Shown here: piece after piece, positions 25,301 to 39,151 of the stretch | Position numbering within the stretch: the first letter of the stretch is position 1 | How the letters are laid out: each line of letters begins with the position of its first letter | From: Azolla caroliniana | Taxonomy: Eukaryota > Plantae > Polypodiophyta | Reading direction: 5' to 3' | Assembly (NCBI GenBank): GCA_043228905.1 | Contig: JBHGNT010000002.1 | Location: 17,422,001-17,486,000 of the forward strand | Length of the DNA: 64,000 nucleotides | Notes under the pieces: generated by a model | Told to the model about the DNA's origin: nothing | What the model saw: the letters and a program-made list of their open reading frames with translations, nothing else | The model's database searches: none | Program-made: the position numbers and the translations under genes

Positions 25301-25910
25301 TAAATCCGACTCATCGTTGTTCATCCGACAAGGTCCGGACTATTCGGTTTGCATCCTACTTTATGTTGATGATTTAGTCATCACTAAACCCGGAGTCAAT
25401 GAAATTGGCCGAGTAAAGTCCCAGCTATCAGACGCATTTGAAATGAAGGACCTGGGGACCTTCATTGTTTTCTTGGGATCGAGGTGATCCGAACCCCCGA
25501 CAGCATATTGCTCTCACAACGACACTATGTGTTGAATATGTTGTACAAGTTCAGCATAACGGAATGCCGACCTGTCTCCACACCCGTGGACCGGAACCAG
25601 AAGCTCCGTCCCAACTCCGAACCAACCTGCGATGAGAAACGGTTCTGATAAATTGTTGGAAGCCTGATATACTTCACAATCACCCGACTCGACATCAGTT
25701 ATCGGGTCAGTGTGATCAGCCAATTCATGCAGAAGCCAACCGTGGAGCTCCTTCAGTGCACGCATCGAATATTGCGGTATGTGTGTAGCACAAAGGATTG
25801 GGGATTGTTATACCGACATGCTATAACCGAAGAGCTAGTCGGATATACAGATGTCGATTGGGTCGGTGATGCATCGGATCGCCAATCCACCTCCGGTTAC
25901 ATGTTTTCTC

Positions 25911-28900
25911 TGTAAATAGCATAAAGGGCAGTTTCCCTAAGATAGTCATTATATAAAGTGACTTTGTAACCTTTAGTTAAGGTTGTTGTTGTTGTTGTTG
26001 TTGTTGCAATTGGAATATAACAATTATTTTTGCCTATCTCTCTCTCTCTGTGTGTCTATCTTGCTTTTGCACATACACAGGTTCTTCTTCAAACAGAATG
26101 TTGCTTGCACTTCCGCATTGACGGCCTTGTCCCCAATATTTGGTACCAGTTGCACCCCACTAAGGTTCGTAGTCAACTCCGAACCGAGTCTTACCAACCG
26201 AAACCGAAGCAAATGGCATCAACATTCGGCTCATCGGAGATGAGTCTAAGGAGGTTCGATGGTTCGAACTTTAACTTCTAGAAGGAACAAATGCAGGATT
26301 GTCTCATAATCAAGGGTCAGATAGACCCAATTGAGACTGAAAATCCTCTAGAAACATACAAGGCAAACGAGTGGCTAAAGCTAAACAAAATTGTTCGTGC
26401 CACAATTCGGATACACTTGTCAGAGTCAGTGTACTTCACAGTGCAATCATGCACGACAGTCGTTGAACTTTGGAAAACACTGTCAGAAACTTATGAAAAG
26501 AAGCTCACTGCAACGAAGATATATCTGATCCGGCACTTCTACAACTTGCAGATGAAAGAATCCGATTCGGTTCAAGCACACCTGAACGAGTACAAAAGCA
26601 TAAGCTCCCAAATCTCGTCTCAGGGGACGGCAATCAAGGATGAACTCAGAGCAATGATATTCATGAGTAGTCTCCCCTCTTCATGGGAAACTTTCGTTAC
26701 GACCATGTGCAATGCTTCAAGAGCTGTCGTTGAGTACTCCGAAGTCACGAGTGCAATCCTGACTGAAGCAGCTCGAAGAAAGTCTTTCGTCAAAGACTCG
26801 GCAGATGAAGCTTACGTAGTACAAGGTTCGATTGACCGATCGAACAACCAGGGAAGAAGTTCTTCCCAACCGCTGAACAATCAGCGAAGCCAGAGCAAGT
26901 CCCGGGACAACCGAATCTGCAACTACTGCAAGAAACCGGGACACATCAAAGCCGACTGTCGGGCACTGAAAACAAAAACCGACAAAGCTCAGAGAGCGGA
27001 TCAGAAGAGTAGCCAGCATGAGGAGGTCAACTACGTTGGCTCTTCAGCCGAAATTTTGACGACCGACCCCAACATACTGTCCATAGAGAACCCAATCGAA
27101 TCAGAAGTTCTGCTTACGACTATGGAATCGAGCACATGGCTCCTGGACTCGGGCGCATCGTATCATGTGACACCTCACCGATCTCAATTTTGGCAATACT
27201 CAGACCGGCACTCCGACTTAGTTCGAGTCCAAAAGTCGTAGCACTGTGCTATAATCGGAATCGGCACCATAGAGCTCAATCTTCCAGGTGGCTCTACACT
27301 CGTACTACACAACGTCTGACACGTTCCTAAGCTCTCAAGACCCTTGATCTCAGTCAGACAGCTTAACGAAGTTGGCATCCGTGCCGGGTTCTCATCAGGA
27401 GGGTGGACACTCCACAAAGGGAACCTCCTGCTTGCTCGAGGACCAAAGGTACACTCTTTGTACCCTTTATATGTCACACTCAAAGACGGTGACTTATTTC
27501 TGGTTGATATCCCCGTGTCATCATTATGGCACGGACGACTTGGACACCTTAGCAAGGCCGGCATAACACACCTATCCAGAGCCGGTTACATCCCCAAACT
27601 CTCCTTCTCGGATCACCAATTCTGCGAGCATTGCCAGTGCGGCAAACAAGTAGCCGCATCACACCCAACATCAACACCAAGAGAATCGAGTCCCCTCAAT
27701 TTGGTCCACTCGGACGTCTGTGGCCCGATGCCACATCAGTCTCTCGGCGGTGCTTCGTACTTCGTCAATTTTATTGACAACTCGACTCGAGAAGGTGTGG
27801 GCTTACCCCATCAGAACCAAAGATCAGGTGTTCTCAATCTTCTCCGAATGGCTTGCAATGGTCGAAAATCAGACCAGTCGGAAACTGAAATGTCTCCAAA
27901 CCGACAATGGAGGAGAATTGAAGTCTGAAGAATTCGTCAAATTTTGTCGGGAACGCGGCATTCGACGTGAATATACGACACCCTATAGTCCGGACCAGAA
28001 CGGAATTGTTGAACGCATGAATCGGACGATTCAAGAACGTGTAGTATCCATGCTCCAACACTCCGGATTATCGGATGGCTTCTGGGCAGAGGCTCTACTT
28101 ATGGCAGTACACATAATAAATATGTCCCCAAGTAGACCTGTAGGACTTAAAATACCTCAGGAAACATGGACCGACAGTAAGCCGAATTATGACAAGCTAA
28201 GGATCTTCGGCTGCTAGGCGTATGCCCTCATACCGAAAGATGACCGCCGGAAACTCGAACCAAGATCAAGGAAATGCGTTTTCCTTGGATATGGACCCGA
28301 CGGCGAGATCAGATACCGACTCTGGGACCCCGAGCACAGACAAATCGTCCGAAGTTCTGACGTCGTGTTCATTGACTTGGCTATGCATAAAATGGCCAAA
28401 AGGCCTATTGAAGTCCGAAAGGTAATATTTTCCAAAGTGCCAACCCTTCATGACAGTCGAGCCCACAACACAAGATCGGTTTCACGGGTAACAGACAACT
28501 CTCACACCGAATTCACTGATTCGGCACAGCCGCATGGCTCGGCTCCCGACCATCCGACATCGACACCCGGTGCAACTAGTCCAGTCATACCTCGCAGATC
28601 CAAGAGACTGTGGCAACCTCCAGAGAGGTACTCTCCCGGAATTTTCTTTACCAACGTTGGCAAACCGACGTCTTACAAAGAAGCATCAGCATCTGCCGAT
28701 TCAGCCACATTGCATCTCGCAATGGAGTCGGAAATGCACTCCATTCGCGCAAACAAGACTTGGGACTTGGTCGAATTACCGAAGAATCGACGTGCTCTTC
28801 CATGTAAGTGGGTCTATCGACTAAAAGAGACGTTTGACTCGACCAACCCAAAGTACAAGGCCAAATTAGTTGCGAAGGGATTCCGACAAGAATATGACGT

Positions 28901-30177
28901 CGACTTCGACGAAATCTTTTGACCAATGGTGAAAATGACGACCCTTTGTTTCATGCTCGGCATCATGGCCGCCGCCGACAACTTGGAGCTGGTTCAGCTA
29001 GATGTAAAAACGACATTCCTCCACGATGACCTACAGGAGGAAATCTATATGGAGCAACCGAAAGGTTTTATGGCATCCGGCCAGGAACATCTAATCTGTC
29101 GACTCAGGAAGAGTCTCTACGGCTTGAAACAGGCACCCCGACAGTGGTATAAGAAGTTCGACGACTTCATCCAATCGGTCGGCTTCTCAAAGAGAGATGA
29201 GGACCACTGTCTCTTCACCAAAACAGCTCAAGACAAGTCTCCCGTCTTCCTCATCATCTACATGGACGACATGCTACTATCCAGTCGGCATGCTTGAGAG
29301 CTCACCGAACTCGTTCGGAAATTGCAGTTGAAGTTTTCCATGAAGGACCTCAGTCCGACAAGACACATACTTGGTATGAAGATTAGTTAGTAGGCATCAC
29401 GATAAACGACAACTTTCCTTGTCTCAAACCGACTACATCGGACATGTCTTTGAACGCTTCAACATGCACTCGGCCAAGTCTGCTTCGACCCCACTCCCCA
29501 TTAACCTTCGGCTATCTCAACGAGAGTGCCCGACATCTGGTCCGAAGGGGGAAGATATGAAGTCGGTACCGTATGCACCGGAAGTCGGCTCCCTTATGTA
29601 CGTGATGGTCGCAACACAGCCTGATATTTCTCACGTCGTAGGAGTCGTCAGCAGATTCATGCACAACCCAGGCCGATCGCATTGGAACGCAGTCAAGCAT
29701 GTGTTCAGATATCTAGCTGGCACAAAAGACCACGGCATTCTTTTTTGCCCGAACTCAACCTTAGGCGTAGTCAGTTACACCGACTCGGACTTCGTCGGTT
29801 GCGTGGACAGTCGGAAATCAACAACCGGATATTGTTTCAAATTTGGCAATGGAGCAATCTCGTGGAAGTCGAAACTTCAGGGGTGCACAGCCACCTCAAC
29901 GACCGAAGCAGAATATGTAGCTGCATCCGACACGGCAAAAGAAGCTTTATGGCTCAGTCGACTGGCACACACGTTTCAACAAGTCGACTTCAACTCAGCT
30001 CCAGTTGTCTACAATGACAGTTAGGGTGTTGTTGCTTTGTCAAAAAATCTGGTTCACCACAACACCTCCAAGCATATTGACATTCGATATCACTTTGTTT
30101 GGGACTACGTCATTTTAGGGAAAATCGGTCTAGAGAAGATATCCACAACCGATAATGTCGCAGATAGAATGACCGAT
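25911..30177 (+). mobile_element. Ty1/copia element D (Tork-like), degenerate, lacking the 3' LTR
   Basis: LTR-like 25911-26138, PBS-like TGGTACCAG at 26141, Gag from 26213 (FDGSNFNF), CNYCKKPGHIKADC, WLLDSGASYH, integrase, RT, and RNase H ending at DNVAD. Confidence 0.92.
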
Positions 30178-30389
30178 ATCCCCTAAGAGAAAGGAGGCCC
30201 CCGGGGGCTCCACTACATATAAAGAGGTTGTATCACGTGCGCTCATGAAATATTTTATAAACCCCTTATACATATGTTTTTTACTATTTTAGATACCTTT
30301 CTATGAAAAAATAGTTAATAAAAATACCCCTTAACGCTAATATATATTTTGACAACAACTCATATTAAATGCCCTTCCATAGAAGACAC

Positions 30390-30746
30390 ATATATGTTTT
30401 ATACATGTGTGTATGTATGTATTGTATTGTATTGTATTGTATTGCATATGTTGTATATATTTTATGCATGTATGTATGTATGTGTTATGTGTATGTGTGT
30501 CCTCATATGTATGTGTTATGTGTATGTGTGTCCTCATATGTATGTGTTATGTGTATGTGTGTCCTCATATGTATGTGTTATGTGTATGTGTATCTTCATA
30601 TGTATGTATTGTATTGCATGTATTGTAATGTATTGTATTCCATGTTTATTTATGCATGTATTGTATTGTATGTGTTGTATATCTTCGATGTATGGCAAGT
30701 GTATATGTATCTATGTGTCATGTGCTTGTGTGTGTGTGTGTGTGTA
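30390..30746. repeat. TATG/TGTA/TTGTA low-complexity satellite with a 32-bp subrepeat
   Basis: TATGTATGTGTTATGTGTATGTGTGTCCTCA occurs in about four tandem copies. Confidence 0.9.
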
Positions 30747-31831
30747 GTGGCTTGTGTCTATTTGCACCTAAATCATAAAGAGGCCTAGCGAGGGAGTCAT
30801 GCCATAGACGGTACCAGGCACTCAATTGAGGGTGTGTGCGATCTAGATAAAAAAAGTGTGCCATCAACAAATCTTATTTTTGTTCGGCCGACTCAAAGGC
30901 AATTGCCCAACAAAGTTACTTGACTCAAAGGCAATCACCTAACCAATCGCTCAACTCAAATCAAGTGCATGACCATCTAAGAGGCAAGCAAGTTACAAGG
31001 AAGTGATAAATTGAAAGAATACTATATGTGAATGTCCTCGTAATTAGACTCATTCCTTATATTCAATAAGTGTAAAGTTTGAGTCTTTATTCCCTCTTAG
31101 TGAGAAGAGGGTTCACTTTGCTTATTGGTCAATTTTGGGGTCTTTTAGGTTTACTTCTTCTTCATCTTCTTTCATTTTTAGGGTTTCAACTTTTCGTTTT
31201 AGGGTATGGAGTCACTTTACACATCATTTACATTTATGGGGCACTAATAGCTCTACTAAATTCAACACCTTAATTATTAAATGTGTTCATTTTTTTATAT
31301 CACAAGTTGGTAGTTGTAGGAACACAAATGTAGAAAATATAAATTGAAATTTGAAGGAGTTAAGGGAAACGACTCAACTTGACATAAGGGAAGGGAATGA
31401 CATGGTAAGAGAAACTTGGGGATACCATGGGATTCTAGCAACTAGCAATTGATTCTTGCATGTCTACATTTTAGGAAGGGATAAAGACAAACATGGGAAG
31501 CTACAAAAATGAACCAAATTTTGCATTGAATCTAAGGTTTTGGGTTTACTAAAGTGGTAAGGATTCTTTTACTAATAAAGACTCAAGAGTTCATTATTTG
31601 GTTTGATAGCTATTCTCTATTGAAACTTTATGAAATTTCATCAACAATTATCATAAATACTCCACTGTAAGAAGTCCCTTCAAATGCTCAATAATTTCTC
31701 ACATCACAACATATTTTAATGAGGAAGAGATTAATATATATTGTTATTCATGATGTGAAGCTTATCAAACAATATATGTGTTACATGGGTCAAGCCACAT
31801 TTGACATACATATCAATCACACTATTGGCAA

Positions 31832-32916
31832 TAGGGATCGGCAACGGTTCGGTTTAGGCTTAGCCGGTTTGGCCTGATCCAAGCCAAACCGGCTAAGCCT
31901 AAACCGTTTACAGGATCTCAAACCTGAGCCGAGCCGAGCCGAGCCGGTTCACAAACCGGTTTAGGCTAAACCGGTTTATGCTAAACCGGTTTGTGAACCG
32001 GCTTGGTAAACGGCTTGGAAACCGGTTTCCAAACCGGCTTGGAAACCGGTTTAGAAACCTCCGTCTCTCTCTCTCTCTCTCTCTCTCCCTACCTCCCTCT
32101 CTCTCTCTCCCAGATGATCCCTCCCACTCTCTCTCACGTCTGTGGTCTCGACTCTCTCTCCCTCTCCCTCTCTCTCCCCTCTATGTAAATCCTCTCTCTC
32201 TCCCCTCTATGTAGTTCCTCTCTCTCTCTCTCTCTCCCCTCTATGTAGTTCATCTCTCTCTCTCTCTCCCCTCTATGTAGTTCATCTCTCTCTCTCTCTC
32301 CCCTCTGTGTAGTCTCTCTCTCTCTCCCCTCTATGTAGTTCCTCTCTCTCTCTCTCTCTCTCTCTCCCCTCTGTGTAGTCTCTTTGTCTCTCCCCTCTAT
32401 GTAGTTCCTCTCTCTCTCTCTCTCTCTCTCTCCCCTCTGTGTAGTCTCTCTGTCTCTCCCCTCTATGTAGTTCCTCTCTCTCTCTCTCCCTCTCCTTATA
32501 TGTTGTCTCCCTCCCTCTCTCTCTCTCTCCTCGTTTGTGTAGTCTCTCTCTCTCCTTATATGTTGTCTCCCTCCCTCTCTCTCTCTCTCTCCTTATATGT
32601 TGTCTCCCTCCCTCTCTCTCTCTCTCCTCGTCTATGTAGTTCTCCCTCCCTTACTCTCTCTCTCTCTTTCCCCTTGTCTGTTGTCTCTCTCCCCCTCTCT
32701 AAAGTTTATAAACGGCTTAAACGGTTTATCCGGCTTAGCCGGCTTGAGCCGGTTTGGCGAGGCTCAAGCCAAGCCGAGCCGAGCTCAAACCGTTAAGGCA
32801 AGTTCAAGCCTAAACCGAGCCGAGCCGAGCCGAGCCGAGCCGCTAAGCCGCTAAGCCGTTTTCAAGCCGGCTAAGCCAAACGGTTTAGGCTTGAGCCGAG
32901 CCGTTGCCGATCCCTA
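31832..32916. mobile_element. Non-autonomous hAT element (MITE)
   Basis: Perfect 16-bp TIR TAGGGATCGGCAACGG, 8-bp TSD ATTGGCAA, subterminal GAGCC/AACCGG repeats and an internal CT-rich minisatellite. Confidence 0.95.
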
Positions 32917-33628
32917 ATTGGCAATACAACATCTCTTTCTAGTACACCTTTTCCTCAAATTACATAGTTTGCAACAAACAAACACATGCAAAACCAACTT
33001 GCACTAATAATGAAACATGTTTCAAATCAAACCACCATTACACCTAAGGTTCAAATGATGTTTGAAACAAACAATAATTCATTAGACTAGAGGAAAGTAA
33101 TGGAAATAGTTCTATATTGAAACACATACAATTATTCATTTATCAATAGACTAGTTTATCTCCCCCCTTTACAACAGCCACTCAAAAAGCTTAAAGAACC
33201 ATATACGTGGAAGTTTTAAAGTTCATGCAAGTCATAGGAATGAAGACCAACCATAGCGAAGGAATAAATGCATGCTTCGCAATCTTCTGGTAACATTTGT
33301 TTCCGCCTCTGCAGAGGTTGAGGTGGATAGCCATCATCCCAAGTAGGAAATCATTGGAATTAGAATTTCCTAAAGAAAATATATGTCTAATCATTTCCTT
33401 TTAATTTCAGCAATAAAAAGGAAACACAATGAATACACAAAGCTATTTTATTAAACTATTATACATTCCTTAACCAATACGTTCAACCAAACATGGGTTC
33501 TACTAAGCTACTAAGAAGAACAATGTTCATTCTTTTCTCATGACTTTATTTGCATGAAAAATGAGAAAATATGCCACAATGAGTAAAGAACAAGGCACAA
33601 TATACACCAAGGTCACAAGACGAATACA

Positions 33629-33709
33629 TACCTGGACAATGCAACAACGGGAAAGTCCTACTGCTACAACAATACTCTTCACAGCTTGCCTCGCAATGTA
33701 AGATCCACT
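33629..33709 (-). pseudogene. S-adenosylmethionine synthetase gene fragment
   Basis: Translates to SGSYIARQAVKSIVVAVGLSRCCIVQV; the plant SAMS consensus is SGAYIxRQAAKSIVAxGLARRCIVQV. Confidence 0.75.
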
Positions 33710-33799
33710 TTGTTGTTTCCGATTCTAATTATTATGTTGTTGCCGATGCTTCTTCTTCTTTTGATTATCTGAAATTTTGTCTCTCTCTTTATTGTAATT

Positions 33800-33865
33800 A
33801 GCTTACCCGAGTGGTAAGTTATTTACATTATTAGCTTTACATCTTGGGTTCGAAACCCACTTTTC
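33800..33865 (+). mobile_element. Possible tRNA-derived SINE head or tRNA relic
   Basis: A-box-like TACCCGAGTGGT and B-box GGGTTCGAAACCC (33846-33858) at tRNA-like spacing; no cloverleaf. Confidence 0.4.
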
Positions 33866-34470
33866 TCACTTCTCTATTACTCTAGAGATATCTCTTATTT
33901 CACTAGATGCCACTCTGAAATGTAGTACAGATTAATTATAAATAATAAAAAGAGTATCCTTGTACAGTTGGGTAGCTAGCCCTACAATTATTTCCAGCTT
34001 TATTGACTCCGAGTATTCATGTGGGTATAATGTGTGCATATAACACTTACAATGGAGAAGATATTGAAATGTCACGGGCCAATTTGGAGAATTATAAGGC
34101 CCCTTAAGTTCTCGAAATGCACATCTCCCCCTTTATAAGTAAGGTTCTCATCATCAATATCTTCCAAAGATCTTCCATCATGTTTTCTAACTTCACTCAA
34201 TCTATGGCAGCATTATGATTGAGAAGAATATAAAAATACAAAAAAAATACAAATTGTAACCAATTTCAACATAGCCATCCAATCACAAATATTATTGTAC
34301 CACATTAACAAAAGTCATTAGCATTTATCACATGTAAGATCTCATTGCAGCAGCCTACTGTGAAGGATAAAATAGATGCTATTGTAGACCAATATATCTA
34401 GCTTCAAAATTTGATAAGGTTTATGATACAGTACAGTTGTTAATACCAAATATGATACATTAATACCACC

Positions 34471-35007
34471 TTAATAGCACATCGCTTTCTCGATCACTTC
34501 TTGGAGCTCACCACTTTTAAAGGCCTCCAATGTGACGTCACAACCTCCAAAGAATTCGCCATCTATCTAGAGCTAAGGAAAAGTAAGCCAGCTTGAGTAA
34601 ATCTTCATGGTAAACCTCATTTGTTCATTTGCACAGATGTCCATAGTTTCATAAGGAACATTTAAAGAATTTAATATCTGCACTATAGTATTTTAAAATC
34701 CACAACACTAGGAAATAACTTGTTGCCCCTCATAAAACGCACCACCTTGTTCGACGACACAAATTTGCCACTACTTCCTTCATTTTGGTGTTAATGCATT
34801 TGAGGATCTGCAAACGAATGGTTTCTATTTGGGATGAAGAAGAAGGTTTGATTCCATGAAACCCTGGAGAGCCCGGTTCCTGGGCGGGAGAGGGAGAGCC
34901 ATGGAAATCTTACAAGAGCTCGTAAAGCAGAGAGGTAGAAGTGTGGGAGGAGAAGGAAAAATAAGAAAGAAAGAGGAAGTCAAAGAAATCATCCATGTTT
35001 ATGGCAT
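34471..35007 (-). pseudogene. GRXS14: Chloroplast monothiol (CGFS) glutaredoxin GRXS14-like pseudogene, intronless, with transit-peptide region
   Basis: ALTP..KFVSSNKVVRFMRGNKLFP..CGF*NTIVQILNSLNVPYET..MKIYSSWLTFP*L*IDGEFFGGCDVTLEAFKSGELQEVIEKAMCY*; several stops and frameshifts. Confidence 0.88.
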
Positions 35008-35029
35008 CCTCTCTCTCTGGCGGCAATGG

Positions 35030-35080
<51 letters not shown>

Positions 35081-35214
35081 TTTTCAACCCCAAAGACCCC
35101 CTTCTTTCTTTCTCTATCTCGGTATCTCTCAAATTTCAATCCCCCTTCTTCCCCCCACTTTTCCCTAGCCCTCGTTTTTTAAAACAATTGGCGTTTAAAA
35201 AATAGCATTGTAGC

Positions 35215-35961
35215 GTGTGTGTGTGTGTGTGTGTGTGTAGTATGTTCTATACATATGTGTGTGTGTTTATGCATGTGGGTATGTATATTCTTTGTGTGTG
35301 TGTGCACGCGCGAGCGCTCTATCCATGTGCATATGCATGTATTGTATTCCATGTGTTGTATGTATTGTATGTATGGCATGTGCATATGTAAGTATGTGAT
35401 ATGTGTGTGTATGTTCTATATATGTGCATATGTTGTGTGTTCTATACATGCCCATATGTATATATTGTATCAAATTAATATGTATTATATGTATGGCATG
35501 TGCATATGTAAGTATGTATGTGATATGTATGTGTGTTTTCGATACATGTGCATATGTAAGTATTTATGTGATATGTATGTGTGTTTTCTATACATGTGCA
35601 TATGTATGTATTATATGTATGGCACGCGTGTATGCGTTGTGTGTGTGTGTGTGTGTGTGTGTGTAAGTATTATATGTGCATGTGTATATATGTATGTTTT
35701 GTGTGCATGTATGTATCTACATATTGTATTGTATTGTATATGTATGTAGATATTGTATGGTTTGTATTGTACGTATGGCATGTGAGTATGTATGGTATGT
35801 GTTATTTGTCAGTGTGTATGTTCTATGTATGTATTGTATTGCATGTGTGTATGTATGTGTTATATGGGTGTGCATGTGCGTGTGTGTGAATATGTTATAT
35901 ACATGTGTTATTCTATGTATGTATTATATGTATAGCATGTGTGTATGACATATGTATGTGT

Positions 35962-35992
<31 letters not shown>

Positions 35993-36170
35993 TCTATATA
36001 TGTGCATATGTATTGTATTGCATGCATATATATGTATGTGTTATGTGTATGTATGTACATCTTGTATTGTATTAATTGTATATATGCATTGTATATATGA
36101 GATGTGTGTACATATGTACATATTGTATTGTATTGGATGTGTTGTATGTATTGTATGTATGGCATGTTTG
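35215..36170. repeat. (TG)n/(TATG)n satellite block
   Basis: Low-complexity purine-pyrimidine alternation; the ORFs here are artefacts. Confidence 0.9.
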
Positions 36171-39151
36171 TAAGTTGTCCAGGTATGGATGGATTAACCC
36201 CATCATTTTTCATTAAATATTGGGACTTGTTTAAATCAGATTTATGTACAGCATTCCAACAAATTCTTCGAGAGGGCATTATGCCTTCACATTTTACAGA
36301 AGGAATAATTTACCTTATCCCTAAATCATAAGGTCCTTCATTGGACATCAAGAAATGGCGCCCAATTACATTACTGAATACGGTGTATAAAATCCTAGCT
36401 AAAGCGCTTAGTATAAGACTTGGTACTATAATGCCTATAGTTATACATCCGTCGCAAACAGGATTTATTCAGGAAAGGAGCATATTGGATAATGTGTATA
36501 CATTTTGGGAATCTGCTGCCTTGGCAGCCAAATCTAATCAAGAGTTGGCCATTGTTATGCTTGATTTTGAGAAAGCTTATGACCGTGTTGACTGGGAATT
36601 TTTACAAGGTGTACTGGCTCGTTTTGGTTTCTCGAAAGAATGGATAAAAGGTATTTCTTCATTATATAATTCGGCACAAAGCAGAGTCTTACTGGTTGGG
36701 AATTATGGACCTTTGTTTACTATTTCTCGATCAGTTCGACAGGGTTGTCCTTTAGCTCCTTTCTTGTTTCTGTTTTTTGCTGAGGCAATGATTTCCTTTT
36801 TGAATGCTGGTGATATTGGTATACGCGGAATACGCATCCCATTCTCACATATAGAAGTAAGGGACGCTGAATTTGCAGATGACACTGCCCTATATATTTA
36901 AAAGGTGATTTGGAAAATCTGCAGAAAACAGAATTGGCCATATCCACATTTTGTAAGGCTTCGGGGGCACTGGTTAATTGGAACAAGTCCTTTGCATTTT
37001 GGGTGGGGGATGTAGAGCCTCCTCTATGGAGTCCACACCCGCAATTTCGATGGATACCATCAGGTTGTCCAGTTCGATACTTAGGGTGTACGATAGGTAT
37101 TGATCTTTCAATGGAAAATCAAGTGGCACCCCTCCTATTGTCACTGCGGAAAAAGTTGTTGTTATGGAGTTCAGCCAAGCTATCTTTTGCTGGTCGGATT
37201 GTAGTGGCTAATCAGGTTTTATTGGCTTCAACATGGTATGTTTTGTCATGTTGGATATTCTCCAAGTCATGTATTCTGAAAATACGTAGATTGGTTCGTA
37301 ACTTCTTGTGGTCCGGTAAAACAGAAGGCAATGCTCGGTCCAAAGTGAAATGGGATGTTATTACCTTACCTCACTCTAAAGGAGGATTAGGTATTATTGA
37401 TCCAGTGGACCAATCAAGAGCATTGTTAAGTAAGTTGCTCGTTAGAGGATTTATGCCGGGGCAAGAGATATGGAAAGTATTATTGCTTGACCGTTGCTCA
37501 GATTGCTTTCCTCGCTTAGGTGCTCCCTGATCGAAGGATGTGAATTGGATATTTAGGGAAAATTTCCGAGTACCTTCAGCCACTAGATGGGAAGACAAAT
37601 TTATTAGGACATTATTTGCAGCATGGAAACAAGTACTACCTGGTTTGCTTCGCAATAAACCGAACCCCAAACATTATCTTGAGTATCTCAGACAAAAGAT
37701 AGTTTGGAACCCGTTGTTTACAACATCAGATGGTTTTGTGTTGGGTTCTAGACAATGGTTATCGTGGGGAAAAATGACAGAAGGTCCCGCGAAAACAGTT
37801 CAGACTTGGAAAGAATTTTTATCGCGATCGTTGGAAGAACAAAAAGAAATCTTACGTAATATGCATGGCGGACATATAATGTACCAACAAATTCAAGAAG
37901 CTATGAGTAGACAACCCATACCACCCAATAACACTAACCATAGATGGATTGGGGTTTTTTCAAGATTGGAAGTACTCTTGGCTGTTAAGGGTTATTCAAA
38001 TGATAAGACATACCGGTTGTTTGAGGTGGATGAAACAAATCAATTGTCTCAGTCCGGGGAAATGGTGATAGATTACCCCTATGCCATTGAGCACAAGATA
38101 AGGATAATTGGATATGCCGATCGTAAATGGTATATTGATCCAATGATAGAGGAAATAAGGACACATTGGAAGTTGTGGGTGTTAGCTAAAAGACCGGTAT
38201 TCAGATTAGATTGGGACCCAATTGACTATCATTGGACAGATCCTTACACGGGTAACAAGTTCAATTTCTTCCAATATTCTGTACAGTTGGGAAGACATGT
38301 ACTTTCAGATACACGTGATGTGGTACCAGCTGCATCTCAATATTGGAATCAACAAGGTATTACTCCCCAATTCCTTGCAAAATTCTGGGCTATCTTATGG
38401 GCAAGAAAACAGCAACACAAAATATTACATGTACAGTGGTTAGTTGTACACAAGGCGTTGCCGGTTGGCACATGGTTGCATAGGATGGGAGTGTCTTCAT
38501 GTTGTACTCGATGTCATTTACAAACGGAAACTCAAAAACATTGTTTATGGGAATGCATTGATTCTCAACAGATATGGCAACGGCTCCTTAGAATTTTCGC
38601 TAATTATTTTCCCCCGTTGGTTCTCACTTGGGGCATGGTCGTTTGGACATCACTTGCCCGTGATGTGTTTCATTATGGCATCGAATCTATGGACCATGGG
38701 TTTTACACTAAAAATGGAAGTGTTCGTACATTATCAATGATGTCATTACAGTTTTCAGGAGTAAGGAAGGAAGTTCAGCCAATATGGGAGATATTGAGTA
38801 GTACCACTGTCTATCACATTTGGAAAGCTCGGTGTTCTCTCGTTTTCCATAATCTGAAAACACCACCTGCTGAAGTGATTTCTAATATTTGGTTAGAGAT
38901 AGTTCATGCTTTGAAGGGTCAATGGGATGGTATAGTGGGAGATTCTGATGCTAAAATTGCTCAACGGCATGAGTTTCTTATTATCTGGACAGCTACTCCA
39001 TTTGTGACATCCAGGTACACTACTCCTTATTGGCATTTTCAGCCACCGAAATGGTTGTTTCCCCCGCCGATTACATAGAGGTTTAAAATCTTGTAATTTG
39101 TTTATACTAATGACAGGATATCTTCTTTAAAAAAAAAAAAAAAAAAAAAAA
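36171..39151 (+). mobile_element. 5'-truncated L1-clade LINE (ORF2: RT plus zf-RVT) with poly(A) tail
   Basis: PGMDG, WRPITLLN, LDFEKAYD, RQGCPLAP, FADD and C..C...ET..H..W.C motifs; stops/frameshift at ~36329, 36899 and 37528; poly(A) at 39129-39151; possible GTTTG TSD. Confidence 0.95.

Larger units (their letters stand above)
16060..25910 (+). mobile_element. Ty1/copia family B copy B2, degenerate, hosting element C and a LINE fragment, truncated in early RNase H
   Basis: Partial 5' LTR ends at 16334, PBS at 16335-16346. Gag MDRGMKSSLPT/EKLDRSNY..MHQYLLGHGYW, CCHC knuckle, WYVDSGASNHM, integrase 24063-24548, RT LLYVDDL. Confidence 0.9.

Noticed and set aside
30195-30213. GC hairpin GGAGGCCCCCGGGGGCTCC as a Helitron 3' end
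   Set aside because: There is no clean CTRR terminus at the right distance and no matching 5' end, so it remains unresolved.
30337-30788. Cys/Val/Tyr/Met-rich ORFs here and at 35179-36331 and 39494-40535
   Set aside because: They are translations of TATG/TG satellites that lack stops by composition.
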